The position numbers were made by a program, and so were the translations under genes. The notes below the pieces were generated by a model that saw nothing but the letters and a program-made list of their open reading frames with translations, had not been told where the DNA came from and did not search any database. A DNA stretch of 59,569 nucleotides, from positions 1 to 59,569 of the IMG/VR virus record IMGVR_UViG_3300047560_000779. One strand, 5' to 3'. Source of the DNA: a virus. Taxonomy: Duplodnaviria; Caudoviricetes. Below are positions 27,501 to 35,575 of this stretch, one piece after another; the stretch's first letter is position 1, and each line of letters opens with the position of its first letter.

Positions 27501-30500
27501 GATCATCTCGTACAGCTCTTGGCGTAACTGCATTACGAATCGGTTTCCACCTAGTGGAGCCCATGCGCGGCTTACTTTGTGCGACAGTGCCCCGGCAGCG
27601 TCAGCCAGTTTGTCATAGAGGTCTTCCATTTGCATGACTTGAGCATGCGTTGGGTTGTCCCCGCTCTTTTCTTCGAGCGCACTGACCTTGTCCTCCATAT
27701 CGCGGATGGCCTGATGCTCAGCTGCAAATGGTTTTAAGAGTTGAATGGCTCTACGGATGTTCTCGGAGTACTCTCCGCTGAACACGTCTTCTTTTTGGCG
27801 AGCAAGTTTCTCAAGAGCCTGTGGATCATATGGGTCCACAGCTTCTAGATTACCGCCTTTAGCAAAGCCTTCGCGTTCTTGGATTGCGTGTTGGACCTCG
27901 TGCAACAAAGTATGGAAAGCCCCCAGTTCGGCGGTGGGGCCAAAAACCTCGTCAGCACCGATCCGAATGACATCGTTAGCTGAGTCGTAAGACCCATGGC
28001 CAGCGGGCAAGTTGGAGCTACGGATAACTTCAATATCGCGCAGTGAAGGAATGGTCTTGAACAGCGTAGGGTGGTCGAGCACGTCGTCCAACATCATTGG
28101 GCGGTCTTCAGGGAAATCTTCCCATGTAACGCCACCTACAAACTTGGCATCTGTATCTGGCACTTCGTAGCGCCATTTACCTTCTGGGCCCTTGTACCAG
28201 CCCGTGCGATTCCAGATGTCCCAAGCATTGTCACCAGTACTATCCATGACTTTTGCTACTGCCAGACGTCCCTTGAACTCCGCTTTAGCGTCACGGTCCA
28301 TCTCATTTACACTGCGCACACCGGCCAGCATTGACTGGCTAGCTGTATCAGAGTCGACGTTCTTAGGTGCAATGATGAGCTTGCGGTCAGCCACTGAGTC
28401 CAAGAACTTCTTCATGGTCTCGGTTGGTAGATATTGCTGGCCTTTGAGCGAATAGTAGAACTTCTTCAAAGCAGCGCCAAGCTTGGCAAAGAATGTCTCC
28501 ACCACACCAACTGGTTTCTCAGATGTAGTCGCCCACTTGGACACTTGATCTGCGTACCACTCGGAGAAGCTTTTCCAGTATCCAGTGAGCTCTGACGCTT
28601 GGATATCGCCGGAAGACTTAGTTGTGCGTCCTGTTGTTCGAGCGCGAAGCGCAGTAATGAACTCACGCCCTGTCCCACCAATATTGGCCTTGATGAACTT
28701 GCTATGCTCATCACGAATAGCTTGCTTTAGTTCCGCAGGTGCATTCTCGAACGCTACCCGTTCATGGACGTGCCCAAGCTCGTGGGCCAATGTTTCAAGC
28801 ATCTTCAGGTAGCTAGTACCTTTGGTGAACGCAATGTAGTAGTCGTCACCCATCTTGCGCATAGAGCCAGCCTCGTTGGCGTCTAGTCCAGCAGAACTGA
28901 TAGCACGATGAGGCCCAGTGAACTTGTCTTTGTCCGCACGAGCATCTTCCATTGTCGTGACATAGACATTGGCTTTGATGTTTAGCAGGTTCTTCCAGCC
29001 AGCAATTACGCCACCAAGTCGGCGGTCAACACCGCTAGAAATTGCTATGCCATTACCACTGAACTTAATGAATGGATTGGCAGCATGTTGGGCTGCATCG
29101 GCAGTTTCAATTTCTTGTTTGGCAGCAAGCAGCTTAGCCCGCATGTCTTCAGGGATTGCCGCGACGTTGCCTAAGCTCCCAATATCCATACGCCAACGAG
29201 TAGTTCCATTTGCAGGAACGTAGACAGGCTGGCCAGACAGGATGGAATATCCACGGATCAAAGCCCATGGGCCTTCTTGCCATACAACAGAGCCGCCAGT
29301 TGCAGCAGCATGGTCTTCTGCATTCTTACGTTCTTCGTCGGTAGTGGCAGCTTTAATCGGCTGGGCAGCATTGAGCTTCTTCAGTTCAGCAACCACATCA
29401 GCACGAGTCCAGTTTTCCTCGCCGTACTCAATGAACGTCTCTTGCTCATCCTTGGTCAATGCCATGAACGGAGGCGCACCGGGGATGTCCTTAACGACAG
29501 AGTCCCATGCGTCAGCAGCTTTCTCTGCGTCGGTCTTTATTTCTTTGGCTTCTGCTTGGGCTTCACCTTCGGCGGCAGCTTGGCCCCCTTCGGCGTTTCC
29601 TTTGCCCACCGCTTTGCGACCTCCGGCTCGTTTGCGAACAGGAACTTTCTCTGTGCTTGGCTCTTGAACGGCATTTGGTTTCCCCTGTAGTTTCTTGGCG
29701 GCTTCACCTGCTAGGCGCTTCTCGTCCTTAGCAATTTCTTCTTCGGTCTGCTCAAAGTCAGCGCCGTACTCACCCTTGAGTTTGTTGCGGGCATACAACT
29801 GTTTGGCGTAATCCATCTCCACAGCCAGACGCGCTTCCAGTTCTTCCACTGGAGTCTTAGGAGTTTTGCCAGCCTCGACAGCCTCTTTGGCTTTCTCAAG
29901 GGCTTCCATCGTCTTCAGGATGCGGGCGTTGTTTGTCTCGATAGCGTTGTATCGTTCTTGGACACTAATGCTCTTACGAGTACGGATGCTCAGGTTAGGA
30001 GCAGCCTCTGCTTCGCTAGCAGTTTCAGGTGTTGGGCCTTCATCACGGCCACCTTCAGAAGTCAACTCGCCAACAGCGAATTCTTCCTCACCAGTGGTGT
30101 CAGACTCAACGGGTTCTTCAGTAGCAGATGTGCTCTGGCCGGTGTCTTCTTCCTCGCCAGTGGCTTGGGCAGCCGCAGTGGCTTTGGTCTGGCGCTTGGC
30201 TTCAATGCCTTCGAGCAGCTGCTCCAAGTCGCGCATGGTCATGCCTTGGCTCTCGGCCACGGTAGTGGCAGCCGCAATGATCTTGGCGCTGTTCTTCTCT
30301 AGGAAGTTGGGCAGTTCAGCATGCCATTTAGCCGCTTGGTCAGGAGTAATGTCCATGGCCTCTGCGATCTCAGGCAGCGAGTCGAGCTTAGCGCCACCCC
30401 AGAAGGCTTGGAAGAACTCACGTTTCTTCTGTGCAGAGGCTTCGTTCAAACGACCATATGGGCGGATGACCATCTGCAACACGCCAGCGATGAGGCGGTC

Positions 30501-32747
30501 GGCTTTGTTCTCTTGCTCACGGTCACCGGCTTGGTCCGCGATCTGCTCTTGGATGTCGCCAGTGGCTTGGTTGGTTTCGACAGCCCGCTCCCATGCTTGT
30601 TTGAGCGCAGGAGTGAGCGACGCGTACGGTGTATCCGTAGCGTCCATGTCGTTCCACAATTCCTCAGCCGGGCTTAGCTTGGCTTCTTGGCGTTGTGCTG
30701 CTTGAGGAGCTGGAGCAGGTGTTGGTTGAACACTTGGAGCCCCTTGTTTACCTGTTGCTTTAACTCTGACGGGTACGCCGAGTTTGGCTTTGGGCTTGGT
30801 AGGCTGAGCTTCTTCACTTGGTGTCTCGCTTACTTGCGCTTGCGGGGCATTGCCACCGCCAACATTGGATACATTTCCGGTGCTTGTCCGTACTCCGCCT
30901 GCTGGTGGCTGTCCAACTTGGAGGCCAAGCGGTCCCTCTCCGACACTTGCTGCTCCGACGGGTTGAACGCCAGTGGGTCGTACACCCCCATCTTCTCCAG
31001 CGACTGTTTCTGTTGTTCCGCCTGCGATTGGAACTTCTCGAATCCCGGCATTGTCTTGCAGTGGCAATTTTCCATTTTTAGCTCCTTTAGTAGCTTGGGC
31101 TTGTTGAGCGGCTGTGTAGCCAGTGGTATCTTCGCCGGTCAAGGCGTAGTGGATAGCGTTGAGCTGGTCTAGCTTAGCGCCCTTCTCGGTCTGAGACAAG
31201 GTCTCAAGAATCGTTGCGGCCTGCTGTACGTTCTGTACATGACCAATTTGAAACGCGTCGGCAGTCTTGGCCAATGCTTTCATGACTTTGTCTGCGGCAC
31301 CCACTGGATTGCCTGCGTCCAGCTTGACGCTAATTACTTTACCGCCTGTCAGCTCGTTGGCTTGCGCAATGGCGTCGGCCACAGTATGGGCAGTCTCTGG
31401 AAGCGCGTTGAACTTGGCAGCCAAGGTGTTACCGAACGCATTGATCTTCGCATCGTCAAACAGCGTAGCGCCAAAGATGTTGAGCTGGCCAGTGTTCTCA
31501 GGCGAGTACTGTGCGCCAAGTGTTTGGAATGTCTTGTCACGGGCAAGGCGGTTGGCGTCATCTTGCTGCTGACGCTGTTGGGCAGCAAACTCAGCCTGCG
31601 AAATACCTGTGGCCGCTTGGGCGACGTCAGTCGTGCCGCCTGTAACCGCTGGAGCCGTGATAGGTGTTTTTTGTGGAGGCAGCACTGGGAGCTCACCACC
31701 ATACATAGTCGAACGACCAGCCAATGGATCAGCCGCACGGCCAAGCAGACCAGCAATGCGGGAGTCAGGAGCAACCGTATCATTAGCTTGGAACGCCTGT
31801 GCTACATCGTTCGCTGGGGGTGCAACTTCACCAGCAGCTTGGCTACGACGCCATCCACCACCCACACCACCGGCCAGACCACCAAGGGTCGCGCCACCAA
31901 TGAAAGACTCTTTGAATCGCTCTTGGGCAGCATCGCTTAGGAACGCTTCATTTGGGTCGACCGACATGCGGCCAACTTGGTTCAGCATCTCTTGGCCAGT
32001 TTCCGAGGCACCTTCTTTGAGGCCAACGCCAGTAGCAGTAGCCGCAGTACGAGCAGCAGCACCAGTCAATCCAGTGCCACGGTCAAGGAGGTTTACTGTG
32101 TTCTTGAACGCAGTGCCCTTCATCAGAGCGCCTTCAACGCCAACAGCGTTTAGAGCGGCATAAGGTACGGCCAAGGCAGCAGCGACGCCGCCACGGGTCT
32201 CGCCGGATTGCTCACGTTGGTTGCTCAGCACATCGCCAACGGCAGATGGGTAAGAAGCCGCTGTACCTCCAGCCAATGCAGCACGGGCAGTACCGCCAAT
32301 GGCACGACCAGCAACACCGCCAACTAAAGCCTCAGCAGCATATGGGAGAGATTGAATGGCCAAGCCTTTGGCGTAGCTACCAAAGTCGCCTACACCACGA
32401 ACGTTTTCCCAAGAGTCAACTGCGCCCATTTCACGGGCACGTTGTGATGCGATGTCAGCGCGGAGTTCATTTTCCTGACGACCTTTGGTCATCCAGTTCG
32501 CCACCCCTTGTGCGCCCAATCCTTCAGCAGCCGCTTCGCCGACACCATACAAACCAGCTTGGTAGCGGTCAATGGAAGACGAGCCTTGCTGCTTTGTGAT
32601 CCCACCCTTTACTTCGCCAAATCCAAGTTTGCCTGCGATGTCTTTAGGGTCAGCGCCGATTAGTTTCGAGACTTCGTCAACGACATCGAAGTCTGACATT
32701 TTGCTCCCGTTGGGGAGCATCGCTCTTAATTGGTCAATCGACGCCAT
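24570..32747 (-). CDS. Giant internal virion (ejection) polyvalent protein, 2725 aa
   Basis: LPD23-like block (IWNRTGWYKGPEGKWRYEVPD...LDHPTLF...LLHEVQHAIQEREGF), a second zincin motif HELGH, and a C-terminal LLRGVPA/PLxRFG-LPD39-type region. Confidence 0.8.
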   Translation of the reverse strand: MASIDQLRAMLPNGSKMSDFDVVDEVSKLIGADPKDIAGKLGFGEVKGGITKQQGSSSIDRYQAGLYGVGEAAAEGLGAQGVANWMTKGRQENELRADIASQRAREMGAVDSWENVRGVGDFGSYAKGLAIQSLPYAAEALVGGVAGRAIGGTARAALAGGTAASYPSAVGDVLSNQREQSGETRGGVAAALAVPYAALNAVGVEGALMKGTAFKNTVNLLDRGTGLTGAAARTAATATGVGLKEGASETGQEMLNQVGRMSVDPNEAFLSDAAQERFKESFIGGATLGGLAGGVGGGWRRSQAAGEVAPPANDVAQAFQANDTVAPDSRIAGLLGRAADPLAGRSTMYGGELPVLPPQKTPITAPAVTGGTTDVAQAATGISQAEFAAQQRQQQDDANRLARDKTFQTLGAQYSPENTGQLNIFGATLFDDAKINAFGNTLAAKFNALPETAHTVADAIAQANELTGGKVISVKLDAGNPVGAADKVMKALAKTADAFQIGHVQNVQQAATILETLSQTEKGAKLDQLNAIHYALTGEDTTGYTAAQQAQATKGAKNGKLPLQDNAGIREVPIAGGTTETVAGEDGGVRPTGVQPVGAASVGEGPLGLQVGQPPAGGVRTSTGNVSNVGGGNAPQAQVSETPSEEAQPTKPKAKLGVPVRVKATGKQGAPSVQPTPAPAPQAAQRQEAKLSPAEELWNDMDATDTPYASLTPALKQAWERAVETNQATGDIQEQIADQAGDREQENKADRLIAGVLQMVIRPYGRLNEASAQKKREFFQAFWGGAKLDSLPEIAEAMDITPDQAAKWHAELPNFLEKNSAKIIAAATTVAESQGMTMRDLEQLLEGIEAKRQTKATAAAQATGEEEDTGQSTSATEEPVESDTTGEEEFAVGELTSEGGRDEGPTPETASEAEAAPNLSIRTRKSISVQERYNAIETNNARILKTMEALEKAKEAVEAGKTPKTPVEELEARLAVEMDYAKQLYARNKLKGEYGADFEQTEEEIAKDEKRLAGEAAKKLQGKPNAVQEPSTEKVPVRKRAGGRKAVGKGNAEGGQAAAEGEAQAEAKEIKTDAEKAADAWDSVVKDIPGAPPFMALTKDEQETFIEYGEENWTRADVVAELKKLNAAQPIKAATTDEERKNAEDHAAATGGSVVWQEGPWALIRGYSILSGQPVYVPANGTTRWRMDIGSLGNVAAIPEDMRAKLLAAKQEIETADAAQHAANPFIKFSGNGIAISSGVDRRLGGVIAGWKNLLNIKANVYVTTMEDARADKDKFTGPHRAISSAGLDANEAGSMRKMGDDYYIAFTKGTSYLKMLETLAHELGHVHERVAFENAPAELKQAIRDEHSKFIKANIGGTGREFITALRARTTGRTTKSSGDIQASELTGYWKSFSEWYADQVSKWATTSEKPVGVVETFFAKLGAALKKFYYSLKGQQYLPTETMKKFLDSVADRKLIIAPKNVDSDTASQSMLAGVRSVNEMDRDAKAEFKGRLAVAKVMDSTGDNAWDIWNRTGWYKGPEGKWRYEVPDTDAKFVGGVTWEDFPEDRPMMLDDVLDHPTLFKTIPSLRDIEVIRSSNLPAGHGSYDSANDVIRIGADEVFGPTAELGAFHTLLHEVQHAIQEREGFAKGGNLEAVDPYDPQALEKLARQKEDVFSGEYSENIRRAIQLLKPFAAEHQAIRDMEDKVSALEEKSGDNPTHAQVMQMEDLYDKLADAAGALSHKVSRAWAPLGGNRFVMQLRQELYEMIGGEAEANTVMLRANYPAAELAKIAPEHVAAENQLLYKGRAVIARKIAGLPKPLQPTTKTVVDTLMNSGKDALVNRNEDVKHILLAAGITEDVVNGASKYMPSAQDYLANQYERQGTRIEHEQRIQKIEEAFEKLPTELQGTGRGSVNEFIFDSTSDSKWGYVPAYNPNIKPDDEMARRFDAMPAAAQQVIKMVFDHGYQSLRLKQQAVTAAADKEFSQRELDANGDQEQLNNIAADRSAWKSKFDRLMNIKNDMPYAYLGRYGDYVAVAKSETYADAEKLAAQGDLDATKWLEQNQSDANHYIVEFAETMAEAQNKAEQWKASGRYQQVYGAEKEVSEAFVGGSDLFMGITRLRNMLTRRIKSGEITMADQEVLTALNKTVSDLYLATVSEASAHRTAMQRKNISGADKDMMRNLATRGRADAHFLASLKHNGDITDAISNMRDEAKGDPTNARPYLNELLKRYANDINYKTPAPLARALTRLGHTWFLAFNPAFYLQQMTQTYVLSLPYMAGRLGYHRSLRSINAAYKDVVSLVKDTNVNEHLDFSKAPADVRDMLLKLVRMGKIDIGIDADAVVYANERTLTSSVMRKLNGVNNRIEAVNRATAAVAAYRGYLQRYGVNNTEAATKFAAETVSNTHGSYDGFNTPRILNSNVGKVVGQFKRFQIIQLSMLGKLIKNAFKGASAEERMVARRSLKFITAHMSVLGGALGVPFASQIGNLLVNIFGDDDEPKDLEYQLRQAIGDPELANLLLRGVPAYFGAESIGKKLAMENVASILPFTDVDLTSRSGAEKMLVGLMGPTAALGLKFADALGLVGQGELYKGMEQALPTGFANAMKGYRFATEGITMRNGDIVLSPEEVSMVDAAFQAVGLPTNTITQRQYRQNVEKEFDKFYSTKASEIKGDYVAANREGDTAAMAEARQSWQELQDARAKNGYTRQPMSDLFKAIVAARKREASVVGGIETTKANKQFVAGII
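29537..29674 (-). CDS. Nested out-of-frame 45-aa basic protein MPFKSQAQRKFLFANEPEVAKRWAKETPKGAKLP...
   Basis: Translated by hand; AGGGG RBS 7 nt upstream; resembles a small stand-alone phage protein family (recalled, not searched). Confidence 0.6.
   Translation of the reverse strand: MPFKSQAQRKFLFANEPEVAKRWAKETPKGAKLPPKVKPKQKPKK
30830..31075 (-). CDS. Nested out-of-frame 81-aa ORF
   Basis: Strong RBS AAAGGAG-n6-ATG inside the giant gene; same alternative frame as 29537..29674. Confidence 0.45.
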   Translation of the reverse strand: MENCHCKTMPGFEKFQSQAEQQKQSLEKMGVYDPLAFNPSEQQVSERDRLASKLDSHQQAEYGQAPEMYPMLAVAMPRKRK

Positions 32748-32756
32748 GGAGGGCCT

Positions 32757-34211
32757 TTATTTCATCACTGGATTGGCGAGAATTTTATCTCTTTCTTGCG
32801 TCAGCGCTTGCAATTCTTGCGCAGCCTCTAGTCCGCCGCCCGAGCGAATTTTTCTCTGTGCTTGTTCAATAAGCGGAGTCAACTCAGTAAGGCGTTGGTA
32901 ATATGGAGCGGCGACGTTAGCCAAAGCAGCCGTCTGTGGCTTAGGAGCGACCGGTGCAGCGGGAGTAACTGGCACCGCAGCTGCGGGTTTATTACTTGTG
33001 TCAGGCTTATCTTTCTTCCCCGCTTCAGCCTTAGCCTTAGCTTCCACAGCTTCGCGAACTTGCTTGACCAGTGGGTCTTCCCCAAATACGTCTTGGTATT
33101 GCGATTTTGCAAAGTCAATTTTCTTCTGGTCGCCGGTCTCGATTGCAGCGTTGAGAGCAGCATGTGCCGCTTTATCTCGCTCAGGAGACACAGCAGCGCG
33201 ATCAGGTTTGCGAAGCATAGACACGATGCCAGACAAGTCCTTAGACTTCTGAGCACCAGCAGTAGCGCCCTTGAGTAGAACTGCTTGGCCTTTAGCCCCA
33301 GATTGTTCTTCTGGAGTCAGAGCAGCAAACTCGTCGAGATACGGCTTCATCGCTTCGCCAGCAGCCTTATTCTCTTTAGCAGTTGTGAGCAAGTTGTTGT
33401 ACACGTTAGCGTGGGCGTTAGCTTGGCTAGCCAATGCTTGGTTCTTAGCGATCTCGGATGGGACCAAGGCTTCCTTCGCACCAACTTCACGAGACTTGAG
33501 GTCTTCTTCGCGAGACTTCCACCAGCTAGCTGGGGATGACGAAGCCATCATTGCGCCAGCCCATTTCTGAGTCAGCGCTTGAATAGTGTCCACGTTCAGA
33601 GGGATAGTCTTAGTGACCTTGCCTTTTGCGTCTTTCAGTACAATGCTTTGCCCGCCAGTAGCCGCAGGGACTACTTCAGCGGTTTTGCCGTCGCCTAAGC
33701 CGGGCAGCTTGCCTTCGTTGTATTGCCCTTGGAAGTGTTTCTTAAATACAACGCCCAAGTCAGTTGGGTTGGCTTTGATGTCATCCATGACCTGCTGGCT
33801 AAAGCCGAGGGCCATTTCTTCTTTCTCAGCATACTTTTCAGCTCGCTGGGCGCTAGCCGTAGCAGTAACTTTTTGGAGGGGTACTCCAGCAGACAGAGCT
33901 CGTTGCTTGAAGTCTGCCATCTTTTGCTGGGGCGTATAGGCCTCCGTCTTAAGCGCAGGTTCCGCAGTGTCAATACCGCCAGTTACGCCGGTGTAGTCTT
34001 GGCCAGTTACACGGGTGTCACCCATGCCTAGAGTCTGGCTCGTAATCTCATTGAGCTTACGCTCTTGTTGGCGCAGTTCTTCTTGGTAAGCAGCTTCCTG
34101 CTTACGCATCGCCAGTTCTTCTTCCTGACGCTGAGCTTCGCCCATGCGGAAATATGTGTTGGCCCCGCCTTGTGCGAGACCGCCTGCGAACGCGCCTAGA
34201 TTAAATCCCAT
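32757..34211 (-). CDS. Internal virion protein
   Basis: N-terminal GAFAGGLAQG; Ala/Gln/Lys-rich helical; upstream of the giant protein. Confidence 0.7.
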   Translation of the reverse strand: MGFNLGAFAGGLAQGGANTYFRMGEAQRQEEELAMRKQEAAYQEELRQQERKLNEITSQTLGMGDTRVTGQDYTGVTGGIDTAEPALKTEAYTPQQKMADFKQRALSAGVPLQKVTATASAQRAEKYAEKEEMALGFSQQVMDDIKANPTDLGVVFKKHFQGQYNEGKLPGLGDGKTAEVVPAATGGQSIVLKDAKGKVTKTIPLNVDTIQALTQKWAGAMMASSSPASWWKSREEDLKSREVGAKEALVPSEIAKNQALASQANAHANVYNNLLTTAKENKAAGEAMKPYLDEFAALTPEEQSGAKGQAVLLKGATAGAQKSKDLSGIVSMLRKPDRAAVSPERDKAAHAALNAAIETGDQKKIDFAKSQYQDVFGEDPLVKQVREAVEAKAKAEAGKKDKPDTSNKPAAAVPVTPAAPVAPKPQTAALANVAAPYYQRLTELTPLIEQAQRKIRSGGGLEAAQELQALTQERDKILANPVMK

Positions 34212-35346
34212 GGTTCATCACCTTTGTATAATTGACCAGCTTGTAGCCGTCAGCGTGGAAAGATACGGCTATTGGGTCGATCAGCTCGACTTCATGTGCC
34301 ATAACGCCAATCTGTGGGCCGTGGCCCCATGTGTCGCGATACTCAGGCAAATACTGGTAGCTATAGAGGTTCAAGCCATTGTCCAGCTGACCGACGCGGA
34401 CTACATCTTGCTTGATGCGGATGTCAGAACCCTTCATAGCGTAGGCCATACCGATAGTACCGATAGCTTGACCCATACCGGCAGAGCTTGCAGCTGCTGC
34501 TTGGTTAGACGCATTAAACGCAGAAATGTCTGCACCGTACTTGCTAACACCGAGCTGGCCCATTGAGCCCCAGCCTTGGTTGGCTGTTTGTGCGGATTGG
34601 TTAGCAGCAGTATTGATACCCAGTGTGTTGCCAATAGCGGTCTGGCCACCAGCAATACCTTGTCCTGACGCGCCTAGAGCGATGCCTGTAGACGTGTTAC
34701 CTTGCGCTGGCAGACCTGCGTACATGTTGTACACGTTGGCTTGTTTTTGCAGGCCGATGTCCTTAGCAGCTTGGCGTGTTTGGTTAGCAGCTTGTGCTTG
34801 CATTAAGGCTTGCGTTGCTGCCATGGCGTTGCTATTAAACTGAGTAGCACCAGAAGTTGGATCAATCCCATAAGCACGTTGACGCATCTCTTGCTGCTGG
34901 CGTTGATTGTCCATTGCCGAAGCCACATCAGCACGAGCTCCTTCAGCTAAGCGCTCTTGTTCAGCTTGAGTGTTATAGAGATCAGCGTCAGCTTTGAGTT
35001 TCTCCATGGCTGGAATAGCACCAGCTTCATAGCGAGCGCGATCTTGATCGGCGTAAGCTTGTTGCTTCTTGACAATCTCGCTGGTTAAATCGTATTGATC
35101 TTGGGCACGAGCTTCTTGTGCTCTAGCCTGACGCATTAACTCTGGATACGTATCAGTCTTGAACGTGTTCCATTGGTCAGCCGTCACCTCGGCAATTTTC
35201 TTTTGCGCCTCTCCAATAGCGGGGTCAACCGCAGGCATAGATACGCTACTTCCCCCACCGAACAAGCCGTCGAGAAACCCAAGCGTAAACTTCTTGGTAA
35301 TATGTGTTGGGCTTACTAAGCTGAGTAATAGGTCTAAGTGTTTCAT
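34201..35346 (-). CDS. Virion/ejection protein with C-terminal peptidase S74-like chaperone domain
   Basis: Ala/Gln-rich body; GSDIRIKQD...YSYQY...GVMAHEV...DGYKLVNY. Confidence 0.75.
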   Translation of the reverse strand: MKHLDLLLSLVSPTHITKKFTLGFLDGLFGGGSSVSMPAVDPAIGEAQKKIAEVTADQWNTFKTDTYPELMRQARAQEARAQDQYDLTSEIVKKQQAYADQDRARYEAGAIPAMEKLKADADLYNTQAEQERLAEGARADVASAMDNQRQQQEMRQRAYGIDPTSGATQFNSNAMAATQALMQAQAANQTRQAAKDIGLQKQANVYNMYAGLPAQGNTSTGIALGASGQGIAGGQTAIGNTLGINTAANQSAQTANQGWGSMGQLGVSKYGADISAFNASNQAAAASSAGMGQAIGTIGMAYAMKGSDIRIKQDVVRVGQLDNGLNLYSYQYLPEYRDTWGHGPQIGVMAHEVELIDPIAVSFHADGYKLVNYTKVMNHGI

Positions 35347-35371
35347 GGGTGCGCCTCCATAGGGGGAGAGT

Positions 35372-35575
35372 TTAACCTGACTGGTTGATTCTGGAAAGAA
35401 TTGCGTTTAACTGCGTGATGACTTGCTCAAGCGTAGCTGTAGTGGCCAAGGGCGACAGCGCCGTAGACCCGGGACGAGCGCCTGACATGATTTCCACGTT
35501 GGCTTTGATCGGCTCCAAGACACGTGCCACATCAAGTGGCAACGTACTGGTTGGTGGGATAGCAGGCTTCTTCAT
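35372..35575 (-). CDS. Small virion-associated protein
   Basis: ATGA-coupled to the upstream gene. Confidence 0.7.
   Translation of the reverse strand: MKKPAIPPTSTLPLDVARVLEPIKANVEIMSGARPGSTALSPLATTATLEQVITQLNAILSRINQSG

Noticed and set aside
31656-31667. Near-copy of the CACCTATCACG motif on the minus strand
   Set aside because: A single imperfect copy explained by Thr-Pro-Ile-Thr codons in the giant gene.
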